The position numbers and the translations under genes are program-made. Shown piece by piece: positions 1 to 13,239 of a DNA stretch of 63,866 nucleotides (positions are counted from its first letter, which is position 1; every line of letters starts with the position of its first letter). Origin of the DNA: Macrostomum lignano (taxonomy: Eukaryota); contig NIVC01003236.1 of assembly GCA_002269645.1 (NCBI GenBank), positions 1 to 63,866 on the forward strand, read 5' to 3'. Below the pieces are notes generated by a model. That model was not told the DNA's origin, searched no databases, and saw nothing but the letters and a program-made list of their open reading frames with translations.

Positions 1-600
1 AGAAGGGAGAGGATATAATAGGTGAGAAGATGAGAGAGAAAGGGAGAGATGAGACAGAGATTGATGAGAGAGAGAGAAAGAAAGTGAGATGAGAGAACAA
101 AGAGGAGAGAGAGTATCGAGAGGGGTTAGAAAGGATAGAGGAGAGGAGATAAAAAGGGGGAGATGAGTGAGAAGAAGAAGATAGAGATGAGAGATAGGAT
201 AGGAGAGAGCAGATAGATGAGAGAGAGAGTGGACAGAGGAGAGGAAAGAGTTGAGAGAAGAGAGGAAAAAGGAGAGAGTAGAGATAAGGAAAGTGTTAAG
301 AGAGGGTAGAGTAAGGAGTGAGAAGAGAGGTGAGGGAAGAGAGAGCAGAGAGCAGAGGAAAGAGAGAGTAGAGAGCAGAGATAAATGAGAAAAGATAAAA
401 CATGAGAAAGGAAATATGAGAGACCAGAGACCAGAGCGAAGAGAGGAGAAGAGAGAGAGAAAAGAATAGAGGGGAGAGGGAAGAGACAAGAGAGGAGAGA
501 AGAAAGAAGAGATGAGAGAGAAGATAGGAAACAGAAAAGAAGATAGAAGTTTCAAAGGATGCAAAGGACATAGGGAGAGGCAGAGGTAGAGGCCAGAGTT
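1..600. repeat. GA-rich low-complexity / degenerate (GA)n tract
   Basis: Almost pure purine GA/GAGA sequence. The ORF at 296-652 (-) is a Ser/Leu/Phe low-complexity artefact. Confidence 0.9.
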
Positions 601-3600
601 TGCCTAACATTCTGCGTAGCACCCCAGCCAACAATATCAATGTTTGCCTCAAATCCTAATTTTAAATGAATGTACACTATTTTATGTTTAACTCTATCCT
701 ATTCCTAACTATTAACAAGGGAACAAGTTTTTGTTTGAGTTTTACCTCAGATTTTAGAATACATGCAAAAATAATTCCGGGGAATGGAGTTCCCCGGGTT
801 CAAAATCTGTGGGTTTCAACAGCTTGTACTTTTAATTAGCTTGGCAGAATGTCTTAGTCTGTCTGCAAACACTGAACCAGATATACTTTATAGCTTTATA
901 ATCTATGGCTATGGGAGGCAGTAACGAAAGTGAAGGAAATGTGCGGGACCTGTTGAGGTCAAACATGCATGAGGAAGCTGCTGGCAAGCAGAGTGCCTAG
1001 GCCATCTATATGGACCAGGCATTCATCTTTCCTGCAGTGGTCCCATCTGCAACTGTGCTAGAGTTGACTTCTAGCACACCAGTTTGACAACATTTCTCTG
1101 CTGCTGCTATTGCTTGGTCCCCTTAAGAGGAGAGGGATGCCAATGCAGGCCTTTAAGAAGCTGTGCACAATCTTTGGGTCCAGCTGAAATGATAGAGGCA
1201 ACTGTACAGCAGCACAAAGCAGCACATGAGTATGTCAAGTGCTCATAGCAGATACTATATAGGTGTAGCGTGTCTGGCATCTGCAATATCTGCAAATAAA
1301 AGATGGATTAGTGAGAAATGCATAAAAGATAAAGTATATCGTAAATTCTGCTATCCATTTTTGAAAAAATTGCATATCTGACTTCTTTTCAAATGTTCAA
1401 CCTTTCAATGTGCATTTTCCTATCTCTGTAGTGTATTTGTATATACACCTGGGCCAATTATAGTTAATAACTTTGGTGTGACAAAATCTATCTGGATGTG
1501 CCTTTAGGACAAAGAGTTTGGCCTGTTTTGCTATCATTTTATTGAAGAAACTATATATAACAGGCCATTCTTTTGAGCTTCAAAAGTTTCCGGATTTTTA
1601 TGTCTCATGGGATTTAATTGCATGCATTTTGCCAATTTCTGTTAAGCATACTGTGGCAAGAGTTACACTCATCCTGTCTTGCCTAAAAGTTTCATTTTGT
1701 CACTAGAAGTAAGTAGCAAAAAAAATTAAGGTGGCCAGGCCACTCTTTCCATTCAAAAGTTTTGGCCACTTTAAATTTTACATGTACATATATATGTACA
1801 TATTTGTGAACAAAAAAGTTCACTTAAAATGACCTCTAGGAAGTTACCTACACTTAGTGTGCAAGCATTCTTAGCAGTTATGCACTTATTTTCTAAAAAA
1901 ATCCTTCCAACCCCATATTTTCAAGCAAATTCAACACAGTTTTGAAAATGAATGAAAATGTACATGGTGTTTGATAGTCTATATCTTTGTAATCATATGT
2001 CCTATTCCTAAACATGTAAACTATATGTTGTTTGAAAGATCTATTTGTCTATTTTTCAATGAATTTAAGAATGTAGCCATATCTTAAATATTAAAAAAAT
2101 CTGCCATTTATAGAAGACCACTTTTCACCATTTTTCATTTTTGCACATGCTAAAAATAGGCTCACTGGACTCCCTACTCTTATCTAGAAATATTGTAAAC
2201 ACTGGTGTGATGAAATAAAAAATATTGACAGACCAAGGTCCAAGAATTTATCTATCTAAGCCTAAGTTTATATAAAAAATTTCAATAAATTTTAGTTACT
2301 AACCACCCTCATATTAAAAATTTGTATAGCAAGTTAGGTTGAATGGCAGCACATTTGGCAACAAGCAGAATTGGGTAGTTGACCAAGGGATAAAGGGTAA
2401 ATAAGTCATCATGCATGCCAAATCATGCAATTTGCTTAGTTTTTTATGTACATTAGCTATATAAATTTTAATGTTAATAAAAACAATTGGTCAAAGTTTT
2501 ATATATATATATATACTTCTTTATATCTATTTAGAAACCCACTATTTATATATTAATATTAATTGGCTAAAAGGTTAAGAAATTAAAATTTAATTTGAGT
2601 TTGATTATCTCTACCTCAAAATGTTATACATATGTAGCATATCAAAAGTCATTTTTATAATATTTATACCTAGCAATAGGAAAAGCTATTGTCTTATTTA
2701 GACTTTAAGAGGTAACTGATAGTTCAGATAAAAAAGTCATCTCTTTCGGTAGGGTAGCAGTTTGACTAGGCCATATTGTTAATAAAAGATTTTATTTTGA
2801 TGTTTCCAAAACATAAAAAAATTATACTTTCTGATAATTTGAATTTCATAGTAATAGAATATCCATTAATTGTTTTTTAGTATATCAAATATTTTTGGTA
2901 AATGAATATGTACCAAAAATATAGAACAATGCATATTCTATAATCTTTATATTTCTATATATTTTGGTTTTTATGTTTTACCATGTATAATTTGCCTTAA
3001 AAACTTTTAAATGAAAGTAAAAATTCAATTGATTAATATTGCTTTTACTGCTTTTGATGCATGTGTTTTTTGACAACAAGATGTTTTGATGACACTTGGC
3101 AAACTTCATTAAGCATCAAATTCAACTAGAAAATTTAATTTTGCTACCTAAAGTAGCAATAATGAGGTTAGTAAGACTTGCTTTTTGTATGCTCTATATC
3201 AGATTTATTATCTAGCTTATATTTCTACTTTTTTTATCATTTTTAGATTATTTTATTGTTAGAAATTTCGTTAATAATGAATGTATTACTCAGTTTTAGA
3301 CCAGCTGCTCAAACAAAGGAGAATGTGAAGCCAGCTTATCAGAGGAGATATTTGCCAAGGTGTTTAAGAATTTCAAAAACACTGAATTATTGTTTCCAAT
3401 CTTCTAGTCTGCTCAATATGGATATGCTAAAAACCAATTTTTAATCAAATATGAAGTATTTAACTTATTTTTGCATTTTGCTTATATATATATTCACTGA
3501 GTGATAAAAAATACTTATTATTTTAACTTTCCAAAGCAAAAAAATTTTAAAGTGCATTTTTAAGGTAATAAGGAAAACAGCAAAACCAAAATTATAAGTT

Positions 3601-4089
3601 GTTCAGTCCTAAATAAAAAAAATTCAGTGGCAAATTTATTGAAACTTGACACCTTAAAACCTTAAAACTAATTAAGTCTTCAATTTGTCATCAAATTGTC
3701 TTTAAAAAAGTCTAAAATTTTCAAAATTTTCAAAATGTATCAGTTAGTAATCTGTTTTTCAACTTAGCCATATTAGCATAGATTGTGGCCTGGATCTAAG
3801 CATGCATCACTGTCAAAAAATCTAAGTCCTTTTATTCAACTTGTTGCTTCAAAACAATGCGCAGTATTTCACATCCTCAGATTTTGCAGTACACAGATAA
3901 TTGCTTGACTTTGATATTGCTCTATCATTTCTGTTTCTGTAAACTTGCTCTAATGGTTTCTTACTGGACTTGAAGTATCTTACTCTTGCAGAAGTTTTTT
4001 TTGTCTAACCTTCTGTATTACTGCTTGTTTTAAAGTTCTTTTGGTTCTTGTTTGTTTGCCTGTCCATTTATGTTGTGACATGTCTATCT

Positions 4090-4232
4090 ATGTGTGTGTG
4101 TCTGTATCTGTCCGTTTGTCTGTCTGTCTGTCTGTCTCTCTGTCTGTCTTTCTGTCTGTCTGTCTTTCTGTCTTAGTGTCTGTCTGTCGGTCTCTATGTC
4201 TGTCTTTCTGTCTGTCTGTCTTTCTGTCTTAG

Positions 4233-4281
<49 letters not shown>

Positions 4282-4286
4282 TAGTA

Positions 4287-4329
<43 letters not shown>

Positions 4330-4335
4330 TTCTAG
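4090..4335. repeat. (TCTG)n microsatellite
   Basis: Direct reading of tandem TCTG units. Confidence 0.95.
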
Positions 4336-4879
4336 TCACACAGCGCCATTGGCAAGTTTTTCCTGATAACACAGACTGAGAAGTATGAATCAAAGAGTCT
4401 TGAATAATGATATTACTGAATTTATATTATGTAAGCTTCTTTTAAACTCTTGATGGCAAATTTACCTCGAAAACCACCTGGTCTTGCTAATAATTGGTGC
4501 CATCAGGGTCAAGCTTCTATGCAACGTGCCTGTGTGTTGGGGCAGATTATCAAAGCATCTTAAAAGCTATTTAAATTGAATTCCAAGCTTTAAATTTTAT
4601 TAATTAGTACCTATTGGTTCTAATCTGTTCTGTTGCATCCCTATTAGAGTGACACAGTATTAGCTGATATTCTTACAGCTCAGTATGCATGTTTTATAAA
4701 TAAATTATAGTGTAACTGATATCTGTTTCGAAAAACATCCTTTAGGAGATTTGTTAGCAATAATTCAGCTAAGGAAAGCAAATTTGACTCTTTATTTATT
4801 CTTGCATTGCACGCAATCCTTAAGTTGCATTCCTACTGAGTGACTAGCGATTTACTGTAAGTTGTATTGCTGCTGTTTT

Positions 4880-5195
4880 GTCTTTGCTGTGTCTGCCTGT
4901 CTGCTCCTGTCTGTCTGTTTGTCTCCCTACCTGTGTCTGGCTTTATGTATTTTTGTCTGTCTGTTTATCTTCCTACCTGTCTGGCTTTATGGCTTTATGT
5001 ATTTTTGTATGTCTGTCTGTCTGTCTGCCTGTCTGTCTGTCTGTCTGTGTCTGTCCGTCTGTCGTTTTCTGAATATGGCTGTCTGTCTGTCTGTCTGTCC
5101 GTCTGTCGTTTTCTGAATATGTCTGTCTGTCTGTCCGTCTGTCGTTTCTGAATATGTCTGTCTGTCTGTCCGTCCGTCTGTCGTTTTCTGAATCT

Positions 5196-5229
<34 letters not shown>

Positions 5230-5242
5230 CGTTTTCTGAATA

Positions 5243-5273
<31 letters not shown>

Positions 5274-5330
5274 CGTTTTCTGAATATGTCTGTCTGTCTG
5301 TCTGTCTGTCTGTGTCTGGCTATCTGTCTT
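4880..5330. repeat. (TCTG)n microsatellite with interspersed GTCGTTTTCTGAATAT units
   Basis: Direct reading. It generates the spurious SVCL/TDRQ ORFs. Confidence 0.9.
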
Positions 5331-5722
5331 CTTGTGTGTCTTACACTGTCCTCCCGTGAGCTCTACACTCACGAATATCCATTTTCACACTCTTAATAAT
5401 CACCTCCTTTGGATGCACATTTGAATGCTAATTTAAACCACAAGATAACGTTTTCATAATCATAAATAGAAATTCAGTTTAAGCAGCACCGCCCACTACC
5501 CGCGAATCCAACAGTGGCAGTGACTCGACGCGGTCCCCCAGCGGAGGGGGCAGGGCATTCTCAGTCCAGCCCGTTGCCTCGTCTGGCTCGCCACCGGCCG
5601 CCGCCGCCGCCGCCTCCACCAAGGCTGACGACTTGAAACCGCTGCCAAACCTGCCGCACTACACTGTGACAGGAGCTTCTCAGGCCGACAACCGCTTGCG
5701 TCAGTTTGCCCACAATCTGTTC

Positions 5723-5934
5723 ATGTTTCGCAGAAAGTCTGCCGACGGACTCGAGAACGACTCAGTGCCAATGGATGGTGCTGGCAGAGCCGCTGGCAAT
5801 GCAGATACTGGCGCTGCTGCCGCTACTAGCAGGCGCAGATTAGCTGTCAGCACCAAGTCATGGCGCGATATGAAAGCTAAAAGTACAAGGAGGTGAGCTT
5901 TATCAAGGGTCGCGATGTACTTTGGGGTGTGATT

Positions 5935-5985
<51 letters not shown>

Positions 5986-8900
5986 ATTTAGCTCTGATTT
6001 GTGTGTGTGTTTATTTAGCTGTGATTTGGTGTGTTTATTTAGCTGTGATTTGCGTGTGTTTATTCACCTGTCATGTGTGTTTATTTAGCTGTGATGTGTG
6101 TTTATTTAGCTGTGATGTGTGTGTGTGTTTATTTAGCTTTGATTTGCGTGTGTTTATTTAGCTCTGATTTGTGTGTGTGTGTTTATTTAGCTGTAATTTG
6201 GTGTGTTTATTTAGCTGTGATTTGCGTGTGTTTATTCAGCAGTGATGTGTGTTTATTTAGCTGTGATGTGTGTGTTTATTTTGCTGTGATGTGTGTGTTT
6301 ATTTAGCTGTGATGTGTGTGTGTGTGTGTTTATTTAGCTGTGATGTGTGTTTTTATTTAGCTGTGATGTGTGTGTTTATTTAGCTGTAATGTGTGTGTGT
6401 TTATTTTGCTGTGATGTGTGTGTTTATTTTGCTGTGATGTGTGTGTGTTTATTTAGCTGTGATGTGTGTTTTTATTTAGCTGTGATGTGTGTTTATTTAG
6501 CTGTAATGTGTGTGTGTTTATTTTGCTGTGATGTGTGTGTTTATTTTGCTGTGATGTGTGTTTTTATTTAGCTGTGATGTGTGTTTATTTAGCTGTGATG
6601 TGTGTTTATTTAGCTGTGATGTGTGTGTTTATTTTGCTGTGATGTGTGTGTTTATTTTGCTGTGATGTGTGTGTTTATTTTGCTGTGATGTGTGTGTTTA
6701 TTTTGATGTGATGTGTGTGTGTGTTTATTTAGCTGTGATGTGTGTGTTTATTTTGCTGTGATGTGTGTGTTTATTTTGCTGTGATGTGTGTGTTTATTTA
6801 GCTGTGATGTGTGTGTGTGTGTTTTTAGCTGTGATGTGTGTGTGTGTTTATTTAGCTGTGATGTGTGTGTGTGTTTATTTAGCTGTGATGTGTGTTTATT
6901 TAGCTGTGATGTGTGTGTTTATTTAGCTGTGATGTGTGTGTTTATTTAGCTGTGATGTGTGTTTATTTAGCTTTGATGTGTGTGTTTATTTAGCTGTGAT
7001 GTGTGTTTATTTAGCTTTGATGTGTGTGTTTATTTAGCTGTGATGTGTGTGTGTGTTTATTTAGCTGTGATGTGTGTTTATTTAGCTGTGATGTGTGTGT
7101 TTATTTAGCTGTGATGTGTGTGTTTATTTAGCTGTGATGTGTGTGTTTATTTAGCTTTGATGTGTGTGTTTATTTAGCTGTGATGTGTGTGTGTGTGTGT
7201 GTGTGTGTTTTCGACATCAGCCAGCTGACATCGGGCACCCGCACCCGACCGCAGGTACAAGCGCCTGGTATTCAAGAACGGCGAGTGCAACATCTCCCAC
7301 TACAACATCAAGAAACGAAAGCGGAGATTCCTAGCAGACATTTTCACCACTCTGGTGGATATTAAATGGCGGTACGCGCTTCTGTTGTTCACAGTGGGGT
7401 TCATAGCCAGCTGGTTGTTTTTCTCCCTATTCTGGTTGCTCATCTGCTTCTCGCACGGCGATTTGGACGAAAAAAAGCCGAAGAATTTTGTACCGTGCGT
7501 TGAAAATGTGAATGGATTCACCGATGCCCTGCTGTTCTCTATTGAGACTCAGCACACGATTGGCTACGGGTTTCGGTATCCGTCAGACAGGTGCCCGGAG
7601 GCTGTGCTCATGGTGATGGTGCAGAGCTGCTTTGGAGTCATCATCCAGGTGAGACTTTTGTGAGATTAAGGATCTAAAAATTAATGTTTTAATTTAAAAA
7701 AAATTCGAAAAAAATTCTTTAAAGTGCTATTTTGAATTTTAGGAGTCGACGGAGTAAGGCTTAGTACTCATTTTGAACTTCAGGAATGCAGAAATAGGAA
7801 AGTAACATGTGGAACTTTCAGAATCTGGCAAAGTTCATGTGGAACTTTCAGAATCTAGCAAAGTATACGTGGAACTTTCAGAATCTAGCAAAGTACATGT
7901 GGAACTTAAATAATCTAGCAAAAACATGTTAAACTTTAGGAATCTAGCCAAGTACTTGTGGAACTTTCAGAATCTAGCAAAGTACATGTGGAACTTTAGG
8001 AATCTAGCAAAAACATGTTAAACTTTAGGAATCTAGCCAAGTACATGTGGAACTTTCAGAATCTAGCAAAGTACATGTGGAACTTTAGGAATCTAGCAAA
8101 AACATGTTAAACTTTAGGAATCTAGCCAAGTACATGTGGAACTTTCAGAATCTAGCAAAGTACATGTGGAACTTTAGGAATCTAGCAAAAACATGTTAAA
8201 CTTTAGGAATCTAGCCAAGTACATGTGGAACTTTCAGAATCTAGCAAAGTACATGTGGAACTTTAGGAATCTAGCAAAGCACATGTGTAACTTTAGGAAT
8301 CTAATAAAGTACATGTCGAACTTATGAATCTATAAAATACATATGAAACTTAATATTTATCAACGTACATTGCAAACTTTAATAAGCATTGCATCGCCGT
8401 ACCCACCTACCCTTTAGGCCCTGATGACTGGATTAGTATTCGCCAAGCTGTCGCGCCCCAAGAAGCGCGCCGAGACGCTGATGTTCAGCAAGAACGCGGT
8501 GATCTGCAAGCGGGACGGTCAGATGGTGCTGCTGTTTCGCGTAGGCGACATGCGCAAGTCTCAACTGCTAGAGGCTCACGTTCGTGGAATATTAATTAAA
8601 AAACGAATCACAAGGGAGGGCGAAGTGCTGCCTTTGGAGCAGTTCGACATTGACTTAGGCTACGGCGAGGGCTACGATCGACTGTTCCTAGTCTGGCCAA
8701 TTATTGTCGAGCATAAAATCACGAAGGATTCGCCATTCTGGGAGATTTCTAGCGGCGATTTGTTGTGCGAACAATTCGAGCTAATTGTCATACTGGAGGG
8801 CATTATTGAGTCCACTGGGATGACTACTCAGGTACGGCTGTGGTTTTGGTGTTTATAGTTTTCTAGGGTGAGATTTTGGAGTATCTATAGACTTCTGGGT

Positions 8901-10415
8901 GAGGTTTTAGAGAATCTATATAGTCTTCTAAAGTGAGATTTTGGAGTGTCTATAGTCCTCTAGGGTGAGGTTTTAGAGTATCTATAGTCTTCTAAAGTGA
9001 GATTTTGGAGTATCTATAGTCTTCAAGGGTGAGATTTTGGAGTATCTATAGTCTTCTAGGGTGAGATTTTGGAGTATCTATAGTTTTCCAGGGTGAGATT
9101 TTGGAGTATCTATAGACTTCTAAAGTGAGATTTTGGAGTATCTATAGTCTTCTAGGGTGAGATTTTGGAGTATCTATAATCTAGGGTGAGATTTTGGAGT
9201 ATCTATAATCTTCTAGGGTGAGATTTTGGAGTATCTATTAGTCTTCTAAAGTGATATTTTGGGAGTATCTGTAACTTTCTGGGTGAGATTTTGGTGTATC
9301 TATAGTCTTCTAGGGTGAGATTCTAGAGTATCTATATACTTCTAAAGTGAGATTTTGGAGTATCTATAGTCTTCTAAAGTGATATTTTGGGAGTATCTGT
9401 AACTTTCTGGGTGAGATTTTGGTGTATCTATAGTCTTCTAGGGTGAGATTCTAGAATATCTATATACTTCTAAAGTGAGATTTTGGAGTATCTATAGTCT
9501 TCTAGGGTGAGATTTTGGAGTATCTATAATCTAGGGTGAGATTTTGGAGTATCTATAATCTTCTAGGGTGAGATTTTGGAGTATCTATAGTCTTCTAAAG
9601 TGATATTTTGGGAGTATCTGTAACTTTCTGGGTGAGATTTTGGTGTATCTATAGTCTTCTAGGGTGAGATTCTAGAGTATCTATATACTTCTAAAGTGAG
9701 ATTTTGGAGTATCTATAGTCTTCTAGGGTGAGATTCTAGAATATCTATATACTTCTAAAGTGAGATTTTGGAGTATCTATAGTCTTCTAGTTTGAGATTT
9801 TGAAGTATCTATAGTCTTCTAGGGTGAGATTTTGGAGTATCTATAATCTAGGGTGAGATTTTGGAATATCTATAGTCTTATAGGGTGAGATTTTGGAGTA
9901 TCCATTATCCAGGGTGAGATTTTGAAGTAATCTATCACGATTATAACTTGTGGGTTTTTTCAGCTCAGTTGTACTTTTCAATTGATAGCGTAGCAACTAC
10001 CCCTTGATCCCCTCTCCAGGCTCGTTCCAGCTACCTGCCCTCTGAGATTCGCTGGGGTCACAGGTTCGAACGCCTGATCACCTACCAGAAGGACAACGGC
10101 GAATACCAGATCAACTACGAGAAATTCCACGCCACGAGGGAGATCCCCAGATTTCCCAGATGCTCGGCGAAAGATCTGGCCGACTTAGGGGAGGAAAATT
10201 TCCCCTATCAGGGCATGATCGATGACGACCAGTACTCACTGGCCAGCAGGACCGTCACCAGCGCTTCCAATCTGCACTCGATGATTCTGCCTAAGCAGCA
10301 GTCAACTCGCGATCAAGAGTCTGCGCCGCTTCATCAGCGCAAATCTGCCGGTGGCGCCTCCACATCTGGTGCCGGAGCCCACTCTGACTTTGCCTGTCCA
10401 ATATCGCTGGCCTAG
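5723..10415 (+). CDS. Kir: Inward-rectifier potassium channel (Kir/KCNJ family), 4 exons, about 457 aa
   Basis: Exons 5723-5892, 7255-7648, 8418-8831 and 10020-10415, with GT-AG junctions and phases 2,0,0 that all join in frame. Motifs: RLVFKNGECNI, FTTLVDIKWR, selectivity filter SIETQHTIGYGFR, paired Cys (PCVENV / RCPE), PIP2 site KLSRPKKRAETL, ILEG, RSSYLPSEIRWGHRF. The start ATG choice is less certain. Confidence 0.95.
5930..7207. repeat. Kir intron 1 minisatellite: (GT)n plus TTATTTAGCTGTGAT units of about 22-26 bp
   Basis: Tandem units fill nearly the whole intron. Confidence 0.95.
7800..8325. repeat. Kir intron 2 minisatellite, 29-30 bp unit (AAGTACATGTGGAACTTTCAGAATCTAGCA)
   Basis: Direct reading. 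Three variants cycle as a higher-order unit of about 89 bp. Confidence 0.9.
8860..9930. repeat. Kir intron 3 minisatellite, about 32 bp unit (TCTAGGGTGAGATTTTGGAGTATCTATAGTCT)
   Basis: Direct reading. Confidence 0.95.
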
Positions 10416-10554
10416 AGATTGCAGACTGCTTGGTGTTCACTTTCTGAGAACTCAGCTTGTGCCTGTTTTTTATTCGTTTTTAATATGGTGCAAATTGTTT
10501 CAAGCAAATTCGATACTAGTGTACTTTTATTTAGTTTATCGCTGTCGTTCAAAG

Positions 10555-11050
10555 GTGAGATTCTACTCGTGTCTCAGAGTATCTCGTGGGTGAGATTCTA
10601 CTAGTGTCTCAGAGTATCTCATGGGTGAGATTCTACTAGTGTCTCAGAGTATCTCATGGGTGAAATTCTACTAGTGTCTCTGAGTATCTCATGGGTGAGA
10701 TTCTTTTAGTGTCTCTGAGTGTCTAATGTGTGAGATTATTTTAGTGTCTCTGAGTATCTCATGGGTGAGATTATTTTAGTGTCTCTGAGTGTCTAATGGG
10801 TGAGATTCTACTAGTGTCTGAGTATCTCATGGTTGAGACTCTACTAGTGTCTCTGAGTGTCTAATGCGTGAGATTCTACTAGTGTCTCAGAATATCTCAT
10901 GGGTGAGATTCTTTTAGTGTCTCTGAGTGTCTAATGGTTGAGACTCTACTAGTGTCTCTGAGTGTCTAATGGGTGAGATTCTACTAGTGTCTCTGAGTGT
11001 CTAATGGTTGAGACTCTACTAGTGTCTCTGAGTGTCTAATGGGTGAGATT
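10555..11050. repeat. Minisatellite of about 35 bp downstream of Kir (GGGTGAGATTCTACTAGTGTCTCAGAGTATCTCAT)
   Basis: Direct reading. Shares the GGGTGAGATT core with the intron 3 array. Confidence 0.9.
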
Positions 11051-12409
11051 CAAGTAGAGTCCCCTGCTCGCTAAATATCTCTATGCTGAGATGTACACGC
11101 ACATTCGGTGCACACGAAGCGCACATTTACAACTGATTGGCGCACAATGGCATATCACTACAGCTAGGATTTTTTTCTAAGATTTTTATGCGCCTCAGCT
11201 GGTTTGTTTTAATTTAGTCTTGTGCATGCAGCTGTGCTAACTGTAATTATCATTATTGCTATCAGACCAGGTGTACCTTACCTGGACTCTGCTATCAGAC
11301 CTGTTTAGAATTTCTTATCTACATTCGCGCGCTAATTTTTACAGAGGTGCTAATTACTACTAATTACTAATTAGCACCTAATTAATTCCAATCGCCTAAT
11401 CAGCTAAACGAGTCTTTGATTTCTCCTGCCAAATTTTCACCTGCCTGCCAATTAGTAGTTTAAGTTTATTACTTAATACTAATTTATAAATCTATTAGAT
11501 GACTTCTAACTAATGATTGTCCGCTGCTTGTGGCCATATGTATATAGTGGTTAATTATTTATAGCAATAAAACCGTACTAGATTTCCAATATACTCATTT
11601 CCATTTATTTTGTTAGGAAGAACTCTTTAACTTTGATTTTTCAAGTTAATGTCAAAATGAACTTTAAGCTAGCTTTGTTTTTGCTTTGTCGACTGGATTG
11701 AAGCAGTTTTGCTGCCACGCAGTAGGTTGGCTGAATTTAATTAGCGCACTTCCGTTGGCGGCACAATTATAAGCTTTTAGAACGTTCAGAACGACCCCTG
11801 CTTGCCCATAGCTGGCACACGCCTAGCGTCTACTGTTAGTAGAGCAACATTTTAGCGAAGTTAAAATGGCAGTATCGAATAATAATATTACTAGTGATCT
11901 ACTGTATAATAAAGACTAAAGCTATTGAAATGTCGATGTAGTATTCGTATATAAATATTCTCAGTAGGGCTGTGGGCACCCTGGTGCAACGCCTTGGGCA
12001 ACGGATTCCAAGGTCATTTGCTAGAAAATTGATCTGCAGAAAAGCAGAAATTTCAAGATGAAACACCAAATAACTGCATGAGCCAACACCATTCTTACTA
12101 AAGCATCACTTGAAGTCTACTCCACATCTACAGCGCTTGGCAGTTGGCTGGCTTGGCGAAAGAGTTGCACACAGTGACGCAGTGCGGTAACCTCTGGGCT
12201 CTCTGTCCCGCCTTATATTCTCTTCATCAGGCTTAAGATTTTTTTGAACGCCAAGAAAAGCACAGTGCGCAGAGACCCGCCTGTCTGGCCTATTGAGCTC
12301 TAGCATCTGCGGCAGCCATTTATTAAAATCTTTCCTCTCACGCCAGCGGAAGCCCAACACAACAATACACACTGAAGCAGGTATTCTATCCACAAGAGTT
12401 TATCTACAC

Positions 12410-12416
12410 TATAAAA
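12410..12416 (+). promoter_or_regulatory. Candidate TATA box for the orphan ORF at 12500
   Basis: CTATAAAAGG lies about 85-90 nt upstream of ATG 12500. Confidence 0.5.
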
Positions 12417-12499
12417 GGGACACAGTGGAAGAAGCCTAAAATTATAGCTTCTGTGGAGAGCCGGGCGCAGGCTATACAGCTGTAGCCAGGTCCACTGCA

Positions 12500-13174
12500 A
12501 TGCCCGCCAACAGTCGCCCTGAGATCAGCGTTCGTTTCAACGAGCCGCCGCAGTCGTCAACTCAGAATTCAAATCATTCGCCAACTGCAGCCGATGCAAA
12601 ACCGCCGCCGCCTGCTGCAGTGCGTCGGGTTCGACCGCACACAGCCGCCGCTGCCGCTGGGCCGTCGTGTGGAGCGCCGTTCCTGGATGCCCAGGGCAAC
12701 CGTACCCAGCCCAGCAGAGACCCGCAGCATCCTTCATCTGCTGCAGGCCCTGCCAACACAACCATGACCGGCCTGAGACGGAAGAAACGAAAGAAGAGAC
12801 GACCGAAGACCGCCCTGGGGATCGAGCAGCAGCAGCAGCAGACTACTTCGTCATCGGCGGCGGCCGGAGCCAACGGCGCGGCAGGCGGCAGCGAGCCGAA
12901 CTTTCCAACTTTGAATCCGCGCGTTTTTCACGCGTTGCGCGGATTTTTAACCACGGAAAGTTTGAAGAAGACGAAATTCTATTCGGATAGAGAGGAGAGA
13001 ATGTCCAGCAGGAGGCTGCAGCTGGACGAGCAGAGTGAGCGGCTGAAGCAGCGAATTGGTGGCTTCTACCAGAAGCTGGACAGCTTCATCGCCGAGACCA
13101 ACAAGGCTGCTCAGTGGGAGCCGGAAGACCGGCGGAAGCAGAAAAGTTTTCTAGACGATTTGGACAATCTGTGA
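12500..13174 (+). CDS. Intronless hypothetical protein, 224 aa, with a disordered N-terminus, basic NLS-like patch and C-terminal coiled coil
   Basis: GC-rich non-repetitive ORF with an in-frame stop upstream (12437), a TATA box upstream and AATAAA near 13729. Contains RRKKRKKRRPK and a helical C-terminus (EERMSSRRLQLDEQSERLKQRI). No family recognised. Confidence 0.6.
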   Translation: MPANSRPEISVRFNEPPQSSTQNSNHSPTAADAKPPPPAAVRRVRPHTAAAAAGPSCGAPFLDAQGNRTQPSRDPQHPSSAAGPANTTMTGLRRKKRKKRRPKTALGIEQQQQQTTSSSAAAGANGAAGGSEPNFPTLNPRVFHALRGFLTTESLKKTKFYSDREERMSSRRLQLDEQSERLKQRIGGFYQKLDSFIAETNKAAQWEPEDRRKQKSFLDDLDNL

Positions 13175-13239
13175 GGCTGCAGTGGACTGACCGCAGGACA
13201 GATGTACATAAATTTTAAGTTTTGGGCACCAGCAGTTTT

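Noticed and set aside
12106-12500. Minus-strand ORFs upstream of the orphan gene
   Set aside because: They are short, have no recognisable motif, and overlap the predicted TATA/5'UTR region of the plus-strand ORF.
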